IMG/VR virus record: IMGVR_UViG_3300048924_000191
Location: 1 to 64,000 of that record
From: a virus
DNA length: 64,000 nucleotides
Direction: 5' to 3' (one strand)
A program made the translations under genes and the position numbers. Below are positions 47,538 through 56,385 of the stretch, one piece after another. The first letter of the stretch is position 1. Each line of letters opens with the position of its first letter. The notes beneath the pieces are model-generated. The model had not been told where the DNA came from, searched no databases, and saw only the letters and a program-made list of their open reading frames with translations.

Positions 47538-47574
47538 TGCGTTGTCCTCCCGGACGATGTTCGCAGAAATTAAA

Positions 47575-48081
47575 TCAATTAACGAGCAGCTTCCCGAATT
47601 TCGTCAGGGATTCTTCGAGCTCACTGCTATCGAGGTTGCGGTCAATTGTTTCGCACAACCCAACGATCGGTGCGCCAAGCGTAATGAGCTTGGTGAGGAT
47701 AACGCTGATGGTGTCAGCGATATCGGGTGGGACATGATAGTACCCACCACGCAGGTGTATCTCACCATTGTTGAAGATCACGATCGCCCCATGTCCGCCG
47801 ACGATAAATAGGCCTTGAAGACCTCGGTCGTCGATGAAAGCCATCTTCGCTCCGAGACGATCTTCCCGATCCTGCACAAAGACTTTAACGCCGTTGGTGA
47901 CGTACTGCACCATCGTCAAGTTATCGCCGAGGAAGAAGTACGACTTGGCGATAACGAACGCAGCCCGGAACGACGGTCCCCATTCTCCAGGACTCTTCAT
48001 GGCAGCGATCATCGCGCTGCGCACACCTACGTTGTTGAGCACTTCGTTCGCTTGCTGCAACTGCTGAGCAAATTTATCCAC
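47575..48081 (-). CDS. hypothetical protein (168 aa)
   Basis: ORF track. GTG start with AGGAGG upstream. First gene of the minus block. Confidence 0.6.
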   Translation of the reverse strand: MDKFAQQLQQANEVLNNVGVRSAMIAAMKSPGEWGPSFRAAFVIAKSYFFLGDNLTMVQYVTNGVKVFVQDREDRLGAKMAFIDDRGLQGLFIVGGHGAIVIFNNGEIHLRGGYYHVPPDIADTISVILTKLITLGAPIVGLCETIDRNLDSSELEESLTKFGKLLVN

Positions 48082-48229
48082 GTTGACCTCCTAGGTCGGT
48101 GTGAGATCCGTAAGGATCGGTTTAATGGTTCGGTCTGAGTATGTACGATTATAAATAAGTTAAATGAACTAATCTGAAGAGGTCGTATTCGACCCATTAG
48201 AATCCATTAACCCGGACAAGAGGTCAGAT
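48082..48229. promoter_or_regulatory. AT-rich divergent intergenic region (candidate promoters both ways)
   Basis: 148-nt spacer. AT-rich core: gagtatgtacgattataaataagttaaatgaactaatc. Small hairpins: gatccgtaaggatc and ggtcgtattcgacc. Confidence 0.35.
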
Positions 48230-48742
48230 ATGACCGAGAAGCAGATTCTGCTCGACCACTTGGTTTTGAAGAACAAAGCTGTACTCGACCAATATAAAGT
48301 CACGCTGCGTACTTCCGACCTTGACTTCAGTGACCCAGAAGCAGGTAACTGGGAGAGCGGTGACAATACTCGAATCATCGCCACCATGCGTCCCTCGAGG
48401 AAGGTGACAGGTAGCAATATCTATTACTACTCCAGGAACGACATGCAAGCCGCTTTTGCGGCGATTGGTTATGAAGAGGTACCGTGCGCCATCGAAGGTA
48501 CTCCAGACGTCGGTAAGGTCCTCTCAGAGCTTGCCAGGCACTACAACTTCCAGTTCGACCCGAACCACGTCCTCGATGTTCAACAAGTCGATGACCAGTT
48601 CTCGTTTGGTGTAAGTTCTAAGTGTTTGCTCTGGATCGGCACGCTCACCGTGAAGATCGTAGAAGGGTACGGAATCCCTCTCGATGTGGCGTTTCCCAAC
48701 AACGTTCTGGATGGATTCATACCGCCAGAGTTCGTGGGGTAA
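48230..48742 (+). CDS. paralog-family protein, class A (module only)
   Basis: ..DNTRIIATMRP..IYYYSRNDM..VLSELARHYNFQFDPNHVLD..CLLWIGTLTVKI..AFPNNVLDGFIPPEF. Confidence 0.6.
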   Translation: MTEKQILLDHLVLKNKAVLDQYKVTLRTSDLDFSDPEAGNWESGDNTRIIATMRPSRKVTGSNIYYYSRNDMQAAFAAIGYEEVPCAIEGTPDVGKVLSELARHYNFQFDPNHVLDVQQVDDQFSFGVSSKCLLWIGTLTVKIVEGYGIPLDVAFPNNVLDGFIPPEFVG

Positions 48743-48751
48743 ATTCTATGT
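48741..48751 (+). promoter_or_regulatory. AAATTCTATGT motif overlapping the stop codon (candidate internal promoter)
   Basis: The same 11-mer recurs at 49315..49325, in the same position relative to the preceding stop codon. Confidence 0.3.
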
Positions 48752-48778
48752 CCCTTTTATCAAGCAGAGAACCAGGTT

Positions 48779-49315
48779 ATGGCCACTGATTACACCCTTG
48801 ACGAAGACAGTGTCGTCATCGATTTGATCCGCACGCAGAACCCTGGCCAGGTCCTCACGTCCAGCCTGGTGACGTTCGGCTTCCCCAACGTAAACGTCCC
48901 AAGTCAGCAGTTCCCTCACGATACGCTGATTGTTGCGACGGCAATACCTGGACGCCGATATTCAGGGAGTCAGTCTTTCAACTACAACCGGGTGCCGATT
49001 GCTGAGTTCGTTGACCCCCGACTCCCCAACCAGACCACGTTCGTTATCGCTAATGAACGTACGCTGGCGGACCTGTTGCCTGTGATCAATGAGCGGTACG
49101 ACATCCGTCTGACTGCTGACAAGATCATCAACCATTCGATCCCCAATTTCCAGGATCAGGGAATTGCAGAGTTTGAGGTGGAGCTCGAAATCGCCCCGAA
49201 CTCGAAAGTGTACAAGGACGCAATGGTGATCAAGCTTGTTCCTGAGCTGATCCCGCTGTCGGCTGTTATCAAGAATCGCCAACTCGATGGCCTTACTTAC
49301 CAGCCTCCCGCCTGA
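48779..49315 (+). CDS. paralog-family protein, class A
   Basis: VIDLIRTQNPG..LVTFGFPNV..DTLIVATAIPGRRYSGSQSFNYNRVPI..LLPVINERYDIRLTADKI..NRQLDGLTYQPPA. Confidence 0.6.
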   Translation: MATDYTLDEDSVVIDLIRTQNPGQVLTSSLVTFGFPNVNVPSQQFPHDTLIVATAIPGRRYSGSQSFNYNRVPIAEFVDPRLPNQTTFVIANERTLADLLPVINERYDIRLTADKIINHSIPNFQDQGIAEFEVELEIAPNSKVYKDAMVIKLVPELIPLSAVIKNRQLDGLTYQPPA

Positions 49316-49325
49316 AATTCTATGT
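49315..49325 (+). promoter_or_regulatory. AAATTCTATGT motif overlapping the stop codon (candidate internal promoter)
   Basis: Second copy of the 11-mer seen at 48741..48751. Confidence 0.3.
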
Positions 49326-49372
49326 GACGTCTGTGACTCACTTACCCCACCTTCAACAAGAGAACGGTCCCC

Positions 49373-49918
49373 ATGGCTGACAATCTTACCTTAGAATCGA
49401 AGAAGGTTCTTTGCGACATGATCAACCGCAACAACGTGGAGTCCGGCTCCTCGTTGACGCCTGAGTTGGTGGATTTCGGTATCCCCTCTCAGTCGAACGA
49501 TGCGAAGAATACCGACATCACCGTTATTGCAAAATCCGGCTCTGGTTACACCGGTCAGGAAGTCATCAACTACAACCGCCTGCACCTGACCACCGAAATC
49601 GGTAACCCGTACGTGGCCTCGGCGGTTGGTCGTAACCTGATCTTCCCGATCGGTGAAGCGCTCAAGATCGCAGACATCGTTCCGGCCATCAACGCTCGTC
49701 TGGCCATCAACCTGCAAGCGGCTGACTTCACCGACGGCGATCTGCCTGAGTTCACCGGCACGCCGAACGAGATCCTGGACGTCCAGCTGTTGGTAAAGGC
49801 TGACTCGCTCTGCTACCGCGGCAGCTTGACCTTCCAACTCAAGGCCGAAGACATCCTGCTGTCGACCGTCATCGTGAACAAAGTGATGGATGGCCTGACC
49901 TACCAGCCTCCTGCTTGA
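49373..49918 (+). CDS. paralog-family protein, class A
   Basis: LCDMINRNNVE..LVDFGIPSQ..NTDITVIAKSGSGYTGQEVINYNRLHL..IVPAINARLAINLQAADF..SLCYRGSLTFQL..NKVMDGLTYQPPA. Confidence 0.6.
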   Translation: MADNLTLESKKVLCDMINRNNVESGSSLTPELVDFGIPSQSNDAKNTDITVIAKSGSGYTGQEVINYNRLHLTTEIGNPYVASAVGRNLIFPIGEALKIADIVPAINARLAINLQAADFTDGDLPEFTGTPNEILDVQLLVKADSLCYRGSLTFQLKAEDILLSTVIVNKVMDGLTYQPPA

Positions 49919-49946
49919 TTTCACCCCGATCAGACATAAAGCACAC

Positions 49947-49979
49947 AGACGAGGGGTGGGTTAACCCCACCCCTCGTCT
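49947..49979 (+). terminator. hairpin inside the co-directional paralog array
   Basis: agacgaggggtggg ttaa cccacccctcgtct (14-bp perfect stem plus a closing tt/aa pair, taken here as the loop). It lies between stop 49918 and start 50006 and separates the class A trio from the class B quintet. Confidence 0.6.
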
Positions 49980-50005
49980 ATTCTGCCCGATCTAGGAGAC
50001 GCAAC

Positions 50006-50803
50006 ATGTTTCTACTACCTGGCGGAGCGGAGAAAGCTCTGACTGATGCCATTCACGCAGCCAACCCGCTCGCCGGTGACGTGCATGTCGATGACCTGTA
50101 CTTCGGCCTGATCACCAAATCGGCTGACCAGTCGGGTGCTGTAGAAGTACCTGTAGTGGCGATGTACAACAGCGACTTCGAAGGCTACATCCGCTTCAAA
50201 TACGACCGTCTCGATCTGGGGCGTGCGTACCAGGGGATCAAACCTCAAGTCAAGCGTGTGGGTTATCCTACACTCTATCGACTGTTACCCATCATCAACG
50301 AAACGCTGGGTCTGTCACTGACTGAGCGTGACGTGGTCGACGTGGCCATTACCTGGTTGGGTGAGAACGAGCAGGTGAACATCCCTATCGTCTCCAAACC
50401 TGACTCGCTGGGTTACGAGGGACAGTTCCTTGTTGAATACACTCGGGTACGTCCGGAGTTGGCTTCGATTGCCAACCGAATCCTCGATGTGTTGAAACAT
50501 CCGTTGGACCCGAAGTTGGGACAACGTTCGATGTCGATGAACACTTGGGGGATCGACTTCACTGACGATCAAGCGTCCCTGTTGACTAACGCAGGTGCTT
50601 GGCGTTATCCCGATCAAGTACGCAAGGTGATGGAAGGTCATGGGTTCTTCAACTGGCCTCAAGCACCTTGGTACTCCCTGATCGTTTCGGCTACGTCGGA
50701 TATCCCCACTGCCAACAAGGAATACACGCACGTTATCATTCAACCGAACGTGTCGTACCCGAATCACATTGGCGACGCTTACTTCCACTATAACCGGTCA
50801 TAA
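50006..50803 (+). CDS. paralog-family protein, class B (module plus LHYN-type C-terminal domain)
   Basis: LTDAIHAANPL..LYFGLIT..AVEVPVVAM..FKYDRLDLG..LLPIINETLGLSLTERDV..SLGYEGQFLVEY..ends AYFHYNRS. Confidence 0.6.
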   Translation: MFLLPGGAEKALTDAIHAANPLAGDVHVDDLYFGLITKSADQSGAVEVPVVAMYNSDFEGYIRFKYDRLDLGRAYQGIKPQVKRVGYPTLYRLLPIINETLGLSLTERDVVDVAITWLGENEQVNIPIVSKPDSLGYEGQFLVEYTRVRPELASIANRILDVLKHPLDPKLGQRSMSMNTWGIDFTDDQASLLTNAGAWRYPDQVRKVMEGHGFFNWPQAPWYSLIVSATSDIPTANKEYTHVIIQPNVSYPNHIGDAYFHYNRS

Positions 50804-50815
50804 AGAGGGCTCGAT

Positions 50816-51649
50816 ATGAGCTTGTACCCTGATCCGCTAGAAGCCGTGGTAGAGTCCATCGAGACTCTCAACCCTGGCGTACAGCTGGCCGTAAACGAAT
50901 ACAACTTCGATCCTTCGATGGCGATTCCGGAAGAGGCTTCGGGTGTCAACACCCAGATCCATATCTCGGCCAAAGGTGCATCCACTCCATACGCCGGCGC
51001 TGTGGACATCAAACACATCCGCCTCAAGCTGTCTGACCTGACTACGCTGATCCCGTCAGAGATTGCCGTGAGTGGTATCACTACTACTCTTGATCTGGCG
51101 TTGGCGATCAACAAGTTCTACGGCACCAACTTCACCACTGCGGATATCGTGACCAGCGATGCTGAGTTGGTAGATGGCGCTGGCGATGTCACCCTGGTAG
51201 CTAAGGCCACTTCGCGTGGCTGGATCGGCCAGGTAACGTTCCATGTGACGAAGGGACGGATTCCTCTCACCGACGTCATTACTGTGACGCGTTTGCCCGG
51301 ACTCAACTACCCAGACCCGTACGAAGCCAAGCCTTTCGGTATTGCGTATACCTACTGGCGCGATTACTCCCTACAGCACGCTATCCTGGACGTTCTCCAG
51401 ACAGGTGCACAAGGAGACCTCGAAGCGGTCAAAGACGCCATGGTCAACACCACAGGCGATGCCTGGGTCACTACCGGCTCTAGCCGTTACTCTCTCGAGG
51501 GTGCGGAGATCCTTTACGTCGGCGATACCGCGGGCTATCCAGAGTTCAATCAGAACTACGAGAAAGGCGTCGTGGTTAAATTGAGTGCAGCCTGTCTGGG
51601 TTATTCCGGTCGTCTTTTCCTGCACTACAATCTGCCAGAAGTCCTCTAA
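50816..51649 (+). CDS. paralog-family protein, class B
   Basis: VVESIETLNPG..NTQIHISAKG..IKHIRLKL..LALAINKFYGTNFTTADI..SRGWIGQVTFHV..TRLPGLNYP..ends LFLHYNLPEVL. Confidence 0.6.
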   Translation: MSLYPDPLEAVVESIETLNPGVQLAVNEYNFDPSMAIPEEASGVNTQIHISAKGASTPYAGAVDIKHIRLKLSDLTTLIPSEIAVSGITTTLDLALAINKFYGTNFTTADIVTSDAELVDGAGDVTLVAKATSRGWIGQVTFHVTKGRIPLTDVITVTRLPGLNYPDPYEAKPFGIAYTYWRDYSLQHAILDVLQTGAQGDLEAVKDAMVNTTGDAWVTTGSSRYSLEGAEILYVGDTAGYPEFNQNYEKGVVVKLSAACLGYSGRLFLHYNLPEVL

Positions 51650-51660
51650 GGAGATAGGTG

Positions 51661-52440
51661 ATGGATAGCGGTGACAAGATCCGCGAGCTTATCAACCTCG
51701 CCAATGACCCTCCGAAGTTATTCACAACGCGTAACCTTCGTCTCGATGTTCCAGTCCCCGATGCGGGTGATGGTTGGAACACCAAGATGGAAGTGGAAGG
51801 TATCCCAGGCCGTGGTTATTACGGCACTGAGGAGATCTACTACAAGCGCATCCCGCTCGAACTGGTAGAACGTTCCACTCCGCTGCGTTCGATCGCTCCA
51901 CTGACGCCACAGCTCGTCCTGGACCTGTTCAACGGTGCTACCGGCCTGTACATCACACTGGAAGATGTCGAACCCTTCACGCCTCCTCAATTGGAGGACG
52001 GTGATTCGGGACAAGTCGACATCGTAGCAGTTCCATTGTCGATGGGCTTTACTGGTACTGCGACGATCCTGCTGGAGTACGGTAAGGCTTGGTTGGATAC
52101 GGTCGTTTCCGTTCGCGTGCTGCCGGTGCTGAAACATCCGATCGTCGTATTGAATCGGATGTCTACAAGGATGTTGACGTGGGGTATGGACTTCACTTCA
52201 CTGCGCGACGCCATCCGGCCTGACAGTAAAGGTGATTACTCCAACTGGGACGCTCTCCAAGCCGCTTGCGTGGAGCTGAACATCCCGACCTGGATGAAGA
52301 ACAAGATCACCGACCAACCGACGTCAGCGGTGCCTGACAGCAACCAACTGTTTGACCGTGTAGTGATTCAGGCAAGCGTATCCAGTGAAGGAATGGATGG
52401 CAAGGTCTACCTGCACTACAACAACCTGGAAGAGGTTTAA
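51661..52440 (+). CDS. paralog-family protein, class B
   Basis: ATG 51661 preferred (AAGGAG 7 nt upstream) over GTG 51658. IRELINLANDP..NTKMEVEGIPGRGYYGTEEIYYKRIPL..SMGFTGTATILL..ends VYLHYNNLEEV. Confidence 0.6.
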   Translation: MDSGDKIRELINLANDPPKLFTTRNLRLDVPVPDAGDGWNTKMEVEGIPGRGYYGTEEIYYKRIPLELVERSTPLRSIAPLTPQLVLDLFNGATGLYITLEDVEPFTPPQLEDGDSGQVDIVAVPLSMGFTGTATILLEYGKAWLDTVVSVRVLPVLKHPIVVLNRMSTRMLTWGMDFTSLRDAIRPDSKGDYSNWDALQAACVELNIPTWMKNKITDQPTSAVPDSNQLFDRVVIQASVSSEGMDGKVYLHYNNLEEV

Positions 52441-52442
52441 CC

Positions 52443-53390
52443 ATGCCACTATTCACCAAGCCGTCTCAAGCCTTGGTTTATGACCTCATCAATGAGGCGA
52501 ACCCGGACCTTCCGATCGTGCTCTCGCCAGCTAACTTTAAGTTGGGTGCCCCAGCCGCTGGTACGGTGCCTGGCCGTCCTGAGCTGAACACGGTAGTAAC
52601 CGGCTCGGCTATCGGTACCGACTACATTGGTCGTAAACCGCTCAACTACCAACGCCTCTCGCTCAACAGCCTGTTCCGTGGGATGGTGGTGCAGATCAAC
52701 AAGTATTCGGCTAACCAGAACTCTGGCTCGTCGGGTGCTATCGTATTCACCCTGTATCAGCTCCTGCCGATCATCAACACGCTGTACGGCATGAACCTCA
52801 CTGAAGACGACGTGACCAACGTCAACATCACGCGGGGTACGGCGCAAGAGAACGGTTTCTACACCTCGACCGTGACCGTGAATGCCAAGGCGACCTCGCT
52901 GGGCTACATCGGTTCGTTCGCACTGAAATGGCGCGGCGCTCCACAAGACCTCGAGTCGATGATCACCGTGACCGATCTCGCTGCTCGTCTGTTCCCAGGC
53001 GGTAACACCTTCGATGGCACTCACCCAGTCGTTGTCAACAACATGGCGTACAACATCGATTGGACGTCGTTCATCGCTACTGCACCGTGGGGTAACTTCC
53101 CAGGTAACCCAGTGGCTGGTAACGATACCCCAGCGTTCGGTAACCGGTTCATCGCAGAACTCAACCGTCTGTACGGTAAGGGTCTGGTGGGTTCGGTCAA
53201 CAACGCGCCTGCATACGCTTACATGGATTGGGGCGGTGTCGTATACGACCTCAGCACTCAAGCCGGTCGAGACGCCTGCCCTCTGGCTAACTCCAAGTAC
53301 TACAACCGTGTGCTGGTCTGGACTATCCCAGATTACGACACCGCGCGTGGTTCGGGTATCGGCCAACACTTCATCCACTTCAACGTCTGA
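52443..53390 (+). CDS. paralog-family protein, class B
   Basis: VYDLINEANPD..FKLGAPAA..NTVVTGSAIGTDYIGRKPLNYQRLSL..LLPIINTLYGMNLTEDDV..SLGYIGSFALKW..ends HFIHFNV. Confidence 0.6.
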   Translation: MPLFTKPSQALVYDLINEANPDLPIVLSPANFKLGAPAAGTVPGRPELNTVVTGSAIGTDYIGRKPLNYQRLSLNSLFRGMVVQINKYSANQNSGSSGAIVFTLYQLLPIINTLYGMNLTEDDVTNVNITRGTAQENGFYTSTVTVNAKATSLGYIGSFALKWRGAPQDLESMITVTDLAARLFPGGNTFDGTHPVVVNNMAYNIDWTSFIATAPWGNFPGNPVAGNDTPAFGNRFIAELNRLYGKGLVGSVNNAPAYAYMDWGGVVYDLSTQAGRDACPLANSKYYNRVLVWTIPDYDTARGSGIGQHFIHFNV

Positions 53391-53401
53391 GGATAGACTC
53401 C

Positions 53402-54274
53402 ATGGCGTACATGACTCAGTCACTCCCCGACGTCCTGGCGGCTATCAACGCCGCCAACTCGACGACGTACAAGGTCACCGAAATCGACTTCGGCGCACCT
53501 CAAGCGTTGTCGGGTACGTGGAAGGGGCAAGCAACATCCCGCAACACCGGTATCCGCATCACCGCCAAGGCCGGCAGTCCGTATCAGGGCAAACGCGATC
53601 TGACCTACGATCGACTGAACTTGGGTTCGCTGAATGCAACTAACCTCCCGGGGTTCAAGTGCTCGGCGTACAATGTCACCACCGTCTACACATTGCTGCC
53701 GATGTTGCAGTACTGGACCGGTATCCAGTTCACCACCGACGATCTGGAAGACGCGCCGCTGGTAGACAATGGTGACGATACCCATTCCGTCACTCTGACG
53801 GCCAAGACCACCAGCCTGGGCTGGATCGGTACCGCGCCACTGACCATCACCAAGGGCGCTGCCCCGCTGGATGCGTTGATCACAGTGACCTCGCTGAACG
53901 GTTTGAACTACCCAACCGCCAGTGATCAGGACACTTACGGTGCGATGTACCTGTACCCGTACGATTACACCAACTACTTCAGCACGCTGTCCCCAATCGC
54001 ACCAGGTACCCTCACCAGCACGCAAGCAGATGCCCTCGTGGCCATGCTCCTGGCTACCGACATCGGCGCCGGCAAGGCGCTGTGGGCGAACAACCCTGGT
54101 GCGACGGCGTGGAACCTGGCGAACGCAACGGTGGTCAGCAACGGTCTCAACAACCCGACCCTGCCAACCAACCCATCGTACAAATACGTGATGGGTCTGC
54201 GCCTCGATCCGGCTGTGTTGACTCCTGCGGGTCTGATGTACCTCCACTACAACGATCCATTCGACGCGTCGTAA
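53402..54274 (+). CDS. paralog-family protein, class B
   Basis: VLAAINAANST..IDFGAPQA..NTGIRITAKAGSPYQGKRDLTYDRLNL..LLPMLQYWTGIQFTTDDL..SLGWIGTAPLTI..SLNGLNYP..ends MYLHYNDPFDAS. Confidence 0.6.
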   Translation: MAYMTQSLPDVLAAINAANSTTYKVTEIDFGAPQALSGTWKGQATSRNTGIRITAKAGSPYQGKRDLTYDRLNLGSLNATNLPGFKCSAYNVTTVYTLLPMLQYWTGIQFTTDDLEDAPLVDNGDDTHSVTLTAKTTSLGWIGTAPLTITKGAAPLDALITVTSLNGLNYPTASDQDTYGAMYLYPYDYTNYFSTLSPIAPGTLTSTQADALVAMLLATDIGAGKALWANNPGATAWNLANATVVSNGLNNPTLPTNPSYKYVMGLRLDPAVLTPAGLMYLHYNDPFDAS

Positions 54275-54281
54275 GGGGTCA

Positions 54282-54309
54282 TAGACGAGCGCCGGTGGGC
54301 GCTCGTCTA
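54282..54309 (+). terminator. hairpin inside the co-directional paralog array
   Basis: tagacgagcgcc ggtg ggcgctcgtcta, a 12-bp perfect stem. It separates the class B quintet from the mixed class C/adaptor block. Confidence 0.6.
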
Positions 54310-54331
54310 CTAACCAATTGGGAGATTATCC

Positions 54332-55357
54332 ATGCTTCGCGCCATCTTCGGTTTCGACCACATCGCAAAGAACGTGAGCGACACGTGGCTGCCAAACTGC
54401 GGTTATGTTTTTAGCAAGACCGCCTCAGGCACCAACCGTGGGGTCATCATTACACCTGACGGATCGTTGGCTGCGACACCCTCTACCGGCAACACGCCGT
54501 ACGTTCAGGTGTTCCACGATCTGTCCAAACACCTGGTTGCGCCTGTTAGCACATTCACCATCGGTATCCGCGCTAAACAGTTGGCGTTAGGCAATAGTGG
54601 TGGTTTCCTATACCTAGCCGCTGAGGCAGTCCCTACCTCGTTCATGTTGCTGTTGAACTTTCAGCAATTGACGAATATCGGCGTTGTGGGTGGCGAGAAC
54701 TATATTGAGATCACATTCGATCTGATAGCAGCTACCGCCACCTACTACATCGACGACGTGTTCTTTACCAGCATCTCCATCAACACGATCTCGTTGGCTA
54801 ACCTAAGAGCCGGCATCGTCCAGGTGGTCTACACGCTGAGCTACCCGGCCAACGTGGCGGGTATCACGGCAGTGCGTGACATCTACCTGACCGACAACTA
54901 TCCAGGTGATGGTTACGTGGGTCGTCTGGGTCCTCGCAAGATATTCCCTGTTACGCTTGACAGCGCCTCAGGAACTGATTGGACCACCAGCGATGGGTCT
55001 GGGCTTCTGACTGCTCTAAACGTCCCTATCGAGACGGCTGGAGCTGCTACCATGACCTCCGGCGTCAGCAAGGCACCACTGGTGGTGGGATTGAACCCAG
55101 GGTCTCTACCAGCGAACGCCAACGTCGATGGCGTATTCGTCATGATGGCCGGTAAGGTAGATCAGGCCGGCGCACTGACAGGTCTCTCGGCAACCAACGG
55201 CGGGAAGACCATTCTCGCTCAGTCGAAGGCGATCGGCACGGCGTTCAAGTACGGCAACCCATTCGGTGTGTTCACCCGCGCCCCTAATGGCAGTCGCTGG
55301 ACTGCTGCTTCCATCGACGCGACCACGCTCTCATTGACTCCAGACGTAGCGAGTTAA
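54332..55357 (+). CDS. class C protein: N-terminal strand motif plus jelly-roll-like domain plus conserved C-terminal domain
   Basis: MLRAIFGFDH..YIEITFDLIAATATYYIDDVFF..VRDIYLTD..VGRLGPRKIFPVTLDSASGTDWT..WTAASIDATTLSLTPDVAS. Paralogous to 57278, 58330 and 59995. Confidence 0.6.
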   Translation: MLRAIFGFDHIAKNVSDTWLPNCGYVFSKTASGTNRGVIITPDGSLAATPSTGNTPYVQVFHDLSKHLVAPVSTFTIGIRAKQLALGNSGGFLYLAAEAVPTSFMLLLNFQQLTNIGVVGGENYIEITFDLIAATATYYIDDVFFTSISINTISLANLRAGIVQVVYTLSYPANVAGITAVRDIYLTDNYPGDGYVGRLGPRKIFPVTLDSASGTDWTTSDGSGLLTALNVPIETAGAATMTSGVSKAPLVVGLNPGSLPANANVDGVFVMMAGKVDQAGALTGLSATNGGKTILAQSKAIGTAFKYGNPFGVFTRAPNGSRWTAASIDATTLSLTPDVAS

Positions 55358-55360
55358 GCC

Positions 55361-56377
55361 ATGTCATTAACCGTACGGGCAGTGCAAGCTTACGCGCTCG
55401 GTAAACCACTGGCAGCTTCCACGGTTCGGTCGATCACCGCTTATGCGCTGGTTGATACGAACCCGGTGGTTCCTGGTCCACCGGCGCCTACTGATTACAA
55501 GGCCGATCAGATCGACATCTTGTACGATCTGATCGAGAAGAGTAACCCGGGTTTCAAAGCGCAATATCCGAAAGGTACCGTGCAGTTCAGTGCGGTGACG
55601 GCGGTTCCCACGGTACCTGGGGATGGGTACAAGACCGATACGTCGATCTTGGTGTCTCCGGCACCTGGTAGTTCGGCACTGGGTCGTCAGACGGTTCGTT
55701 ATCGCCGTATCGATTTCGGTACCATCTTCAAGCACATGACGCTGACCCTGAACGATTACGTCGCTTCAGGTACGTTGTCAGCGGCGACGTGGAAAGCTTC
55801 GTTTGCCTCGAAGTTTGGGATCAAGATTCCTGCTGCAGACATTGCCAACACGACAGCGCTGACTAGCGGTGTGTTGACCAACATCAACGTGATCGCCACC
55901 AGCTGGTGCTATAAAGGTACTGTGCAGTTGACGTGGACGGTAGGACCTCGTCCTTTCACCTCCATCGTCACGGATGCAAACCGTGCGCTGGTTGGGCGGT
56001 TTTACCCAGGCAATAACAACGACTTCACCACCCCCGGCCGTAAACCGCAGGGTGAGATGTTGGTCTACTGTCAGGACGCCAGTGTTATCTCGTCGTTCCT
56101 GGAAGCGTTCACTAGCGCTTCTGTTCTCGCCTCGTCCCACAGCACAGTTATCAACTTGGTTAACTGGCTGCTGGCTAACACGAAGCGCACGGATTGGAAC
56201 GTCGGTGATTCCTCCTCTGGATCAGGTGGTGTAACCGGACTGACCTGGTATCGGTACACGCTGCCCAATGCCGCTATCCCAGATGCCAACTCCGCCAAGT
56301 ACAACCGTTGTGTCGTCTTGCAAAGCGTGGCCGGTAGTTGGTTCGCTGGCAAGATCATCATCCACTACAACGTGTAG
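55361..56377 (+). CDS. paralog-family protein: 2 tandem strand-motif repeats plus module plus LHYN-type end
   Basis: TVRAVQAYALGKPLAAS / TVRSITAYALVDTNPVV, then ILYDLIEKSNPG..TSILVSPAPG..VRYRRIDFG..SWCYKGTVQLTW..ends KIIIHYNV. Confidence 0.6.
   Translation: MSLTVRAVQAYALGKPLAASTVRSITAYALVDTNPVVPGPPAPTDYKADQIDILYDLIEKSNPGFKAQYPKGTVQFSAVTAVPTVPGDGYKTDTSILVSPAPGSSALGRQTVRYRRIDFGTIFKHMTLTLNDYVASGTLSAATWKASFASKFGIKIPAADIANTTALTSGVLTNINVIATSWCYKGTVQLTWTVGPRPFTSIVTDANRALVGRFYPGNNNDFTTPGRKPQGEMLVYCQDASVISSFLEAFTSASVLASSHSTVINLVNWLLANTKRTDWNVGDSSSGSGGVTGLTWYRYTLPNAAIPDANSAKYNRCVVLQSVAGSWFAGKIIIHYNV
55370..55471 (+). repeat. 2 x 51-nt coding tandem repeat (17-aa units)
   Basis: Units TVRAVQAYALGKPLAAS and TVRSITAYALVDTNPVV. 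Confidence 0.6.
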
Positions 56378-56385
56378 GGTCCGTC

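Noticed and set aside
7151-48162. Shared AACTTATT core in AT-rich spacers (7151..7158 plus strand; 48154..48161 and 23260..23269 on the minus strand; 23436..23446 plus strand) as an early-promoter consensus.
   Set aside because: There are only three or four short, imperfect occurrences in AT-rich DNA, and one is in the wrong orientation for any nearby gene. That is too weak to call without genome-wide statistics or TSS data.
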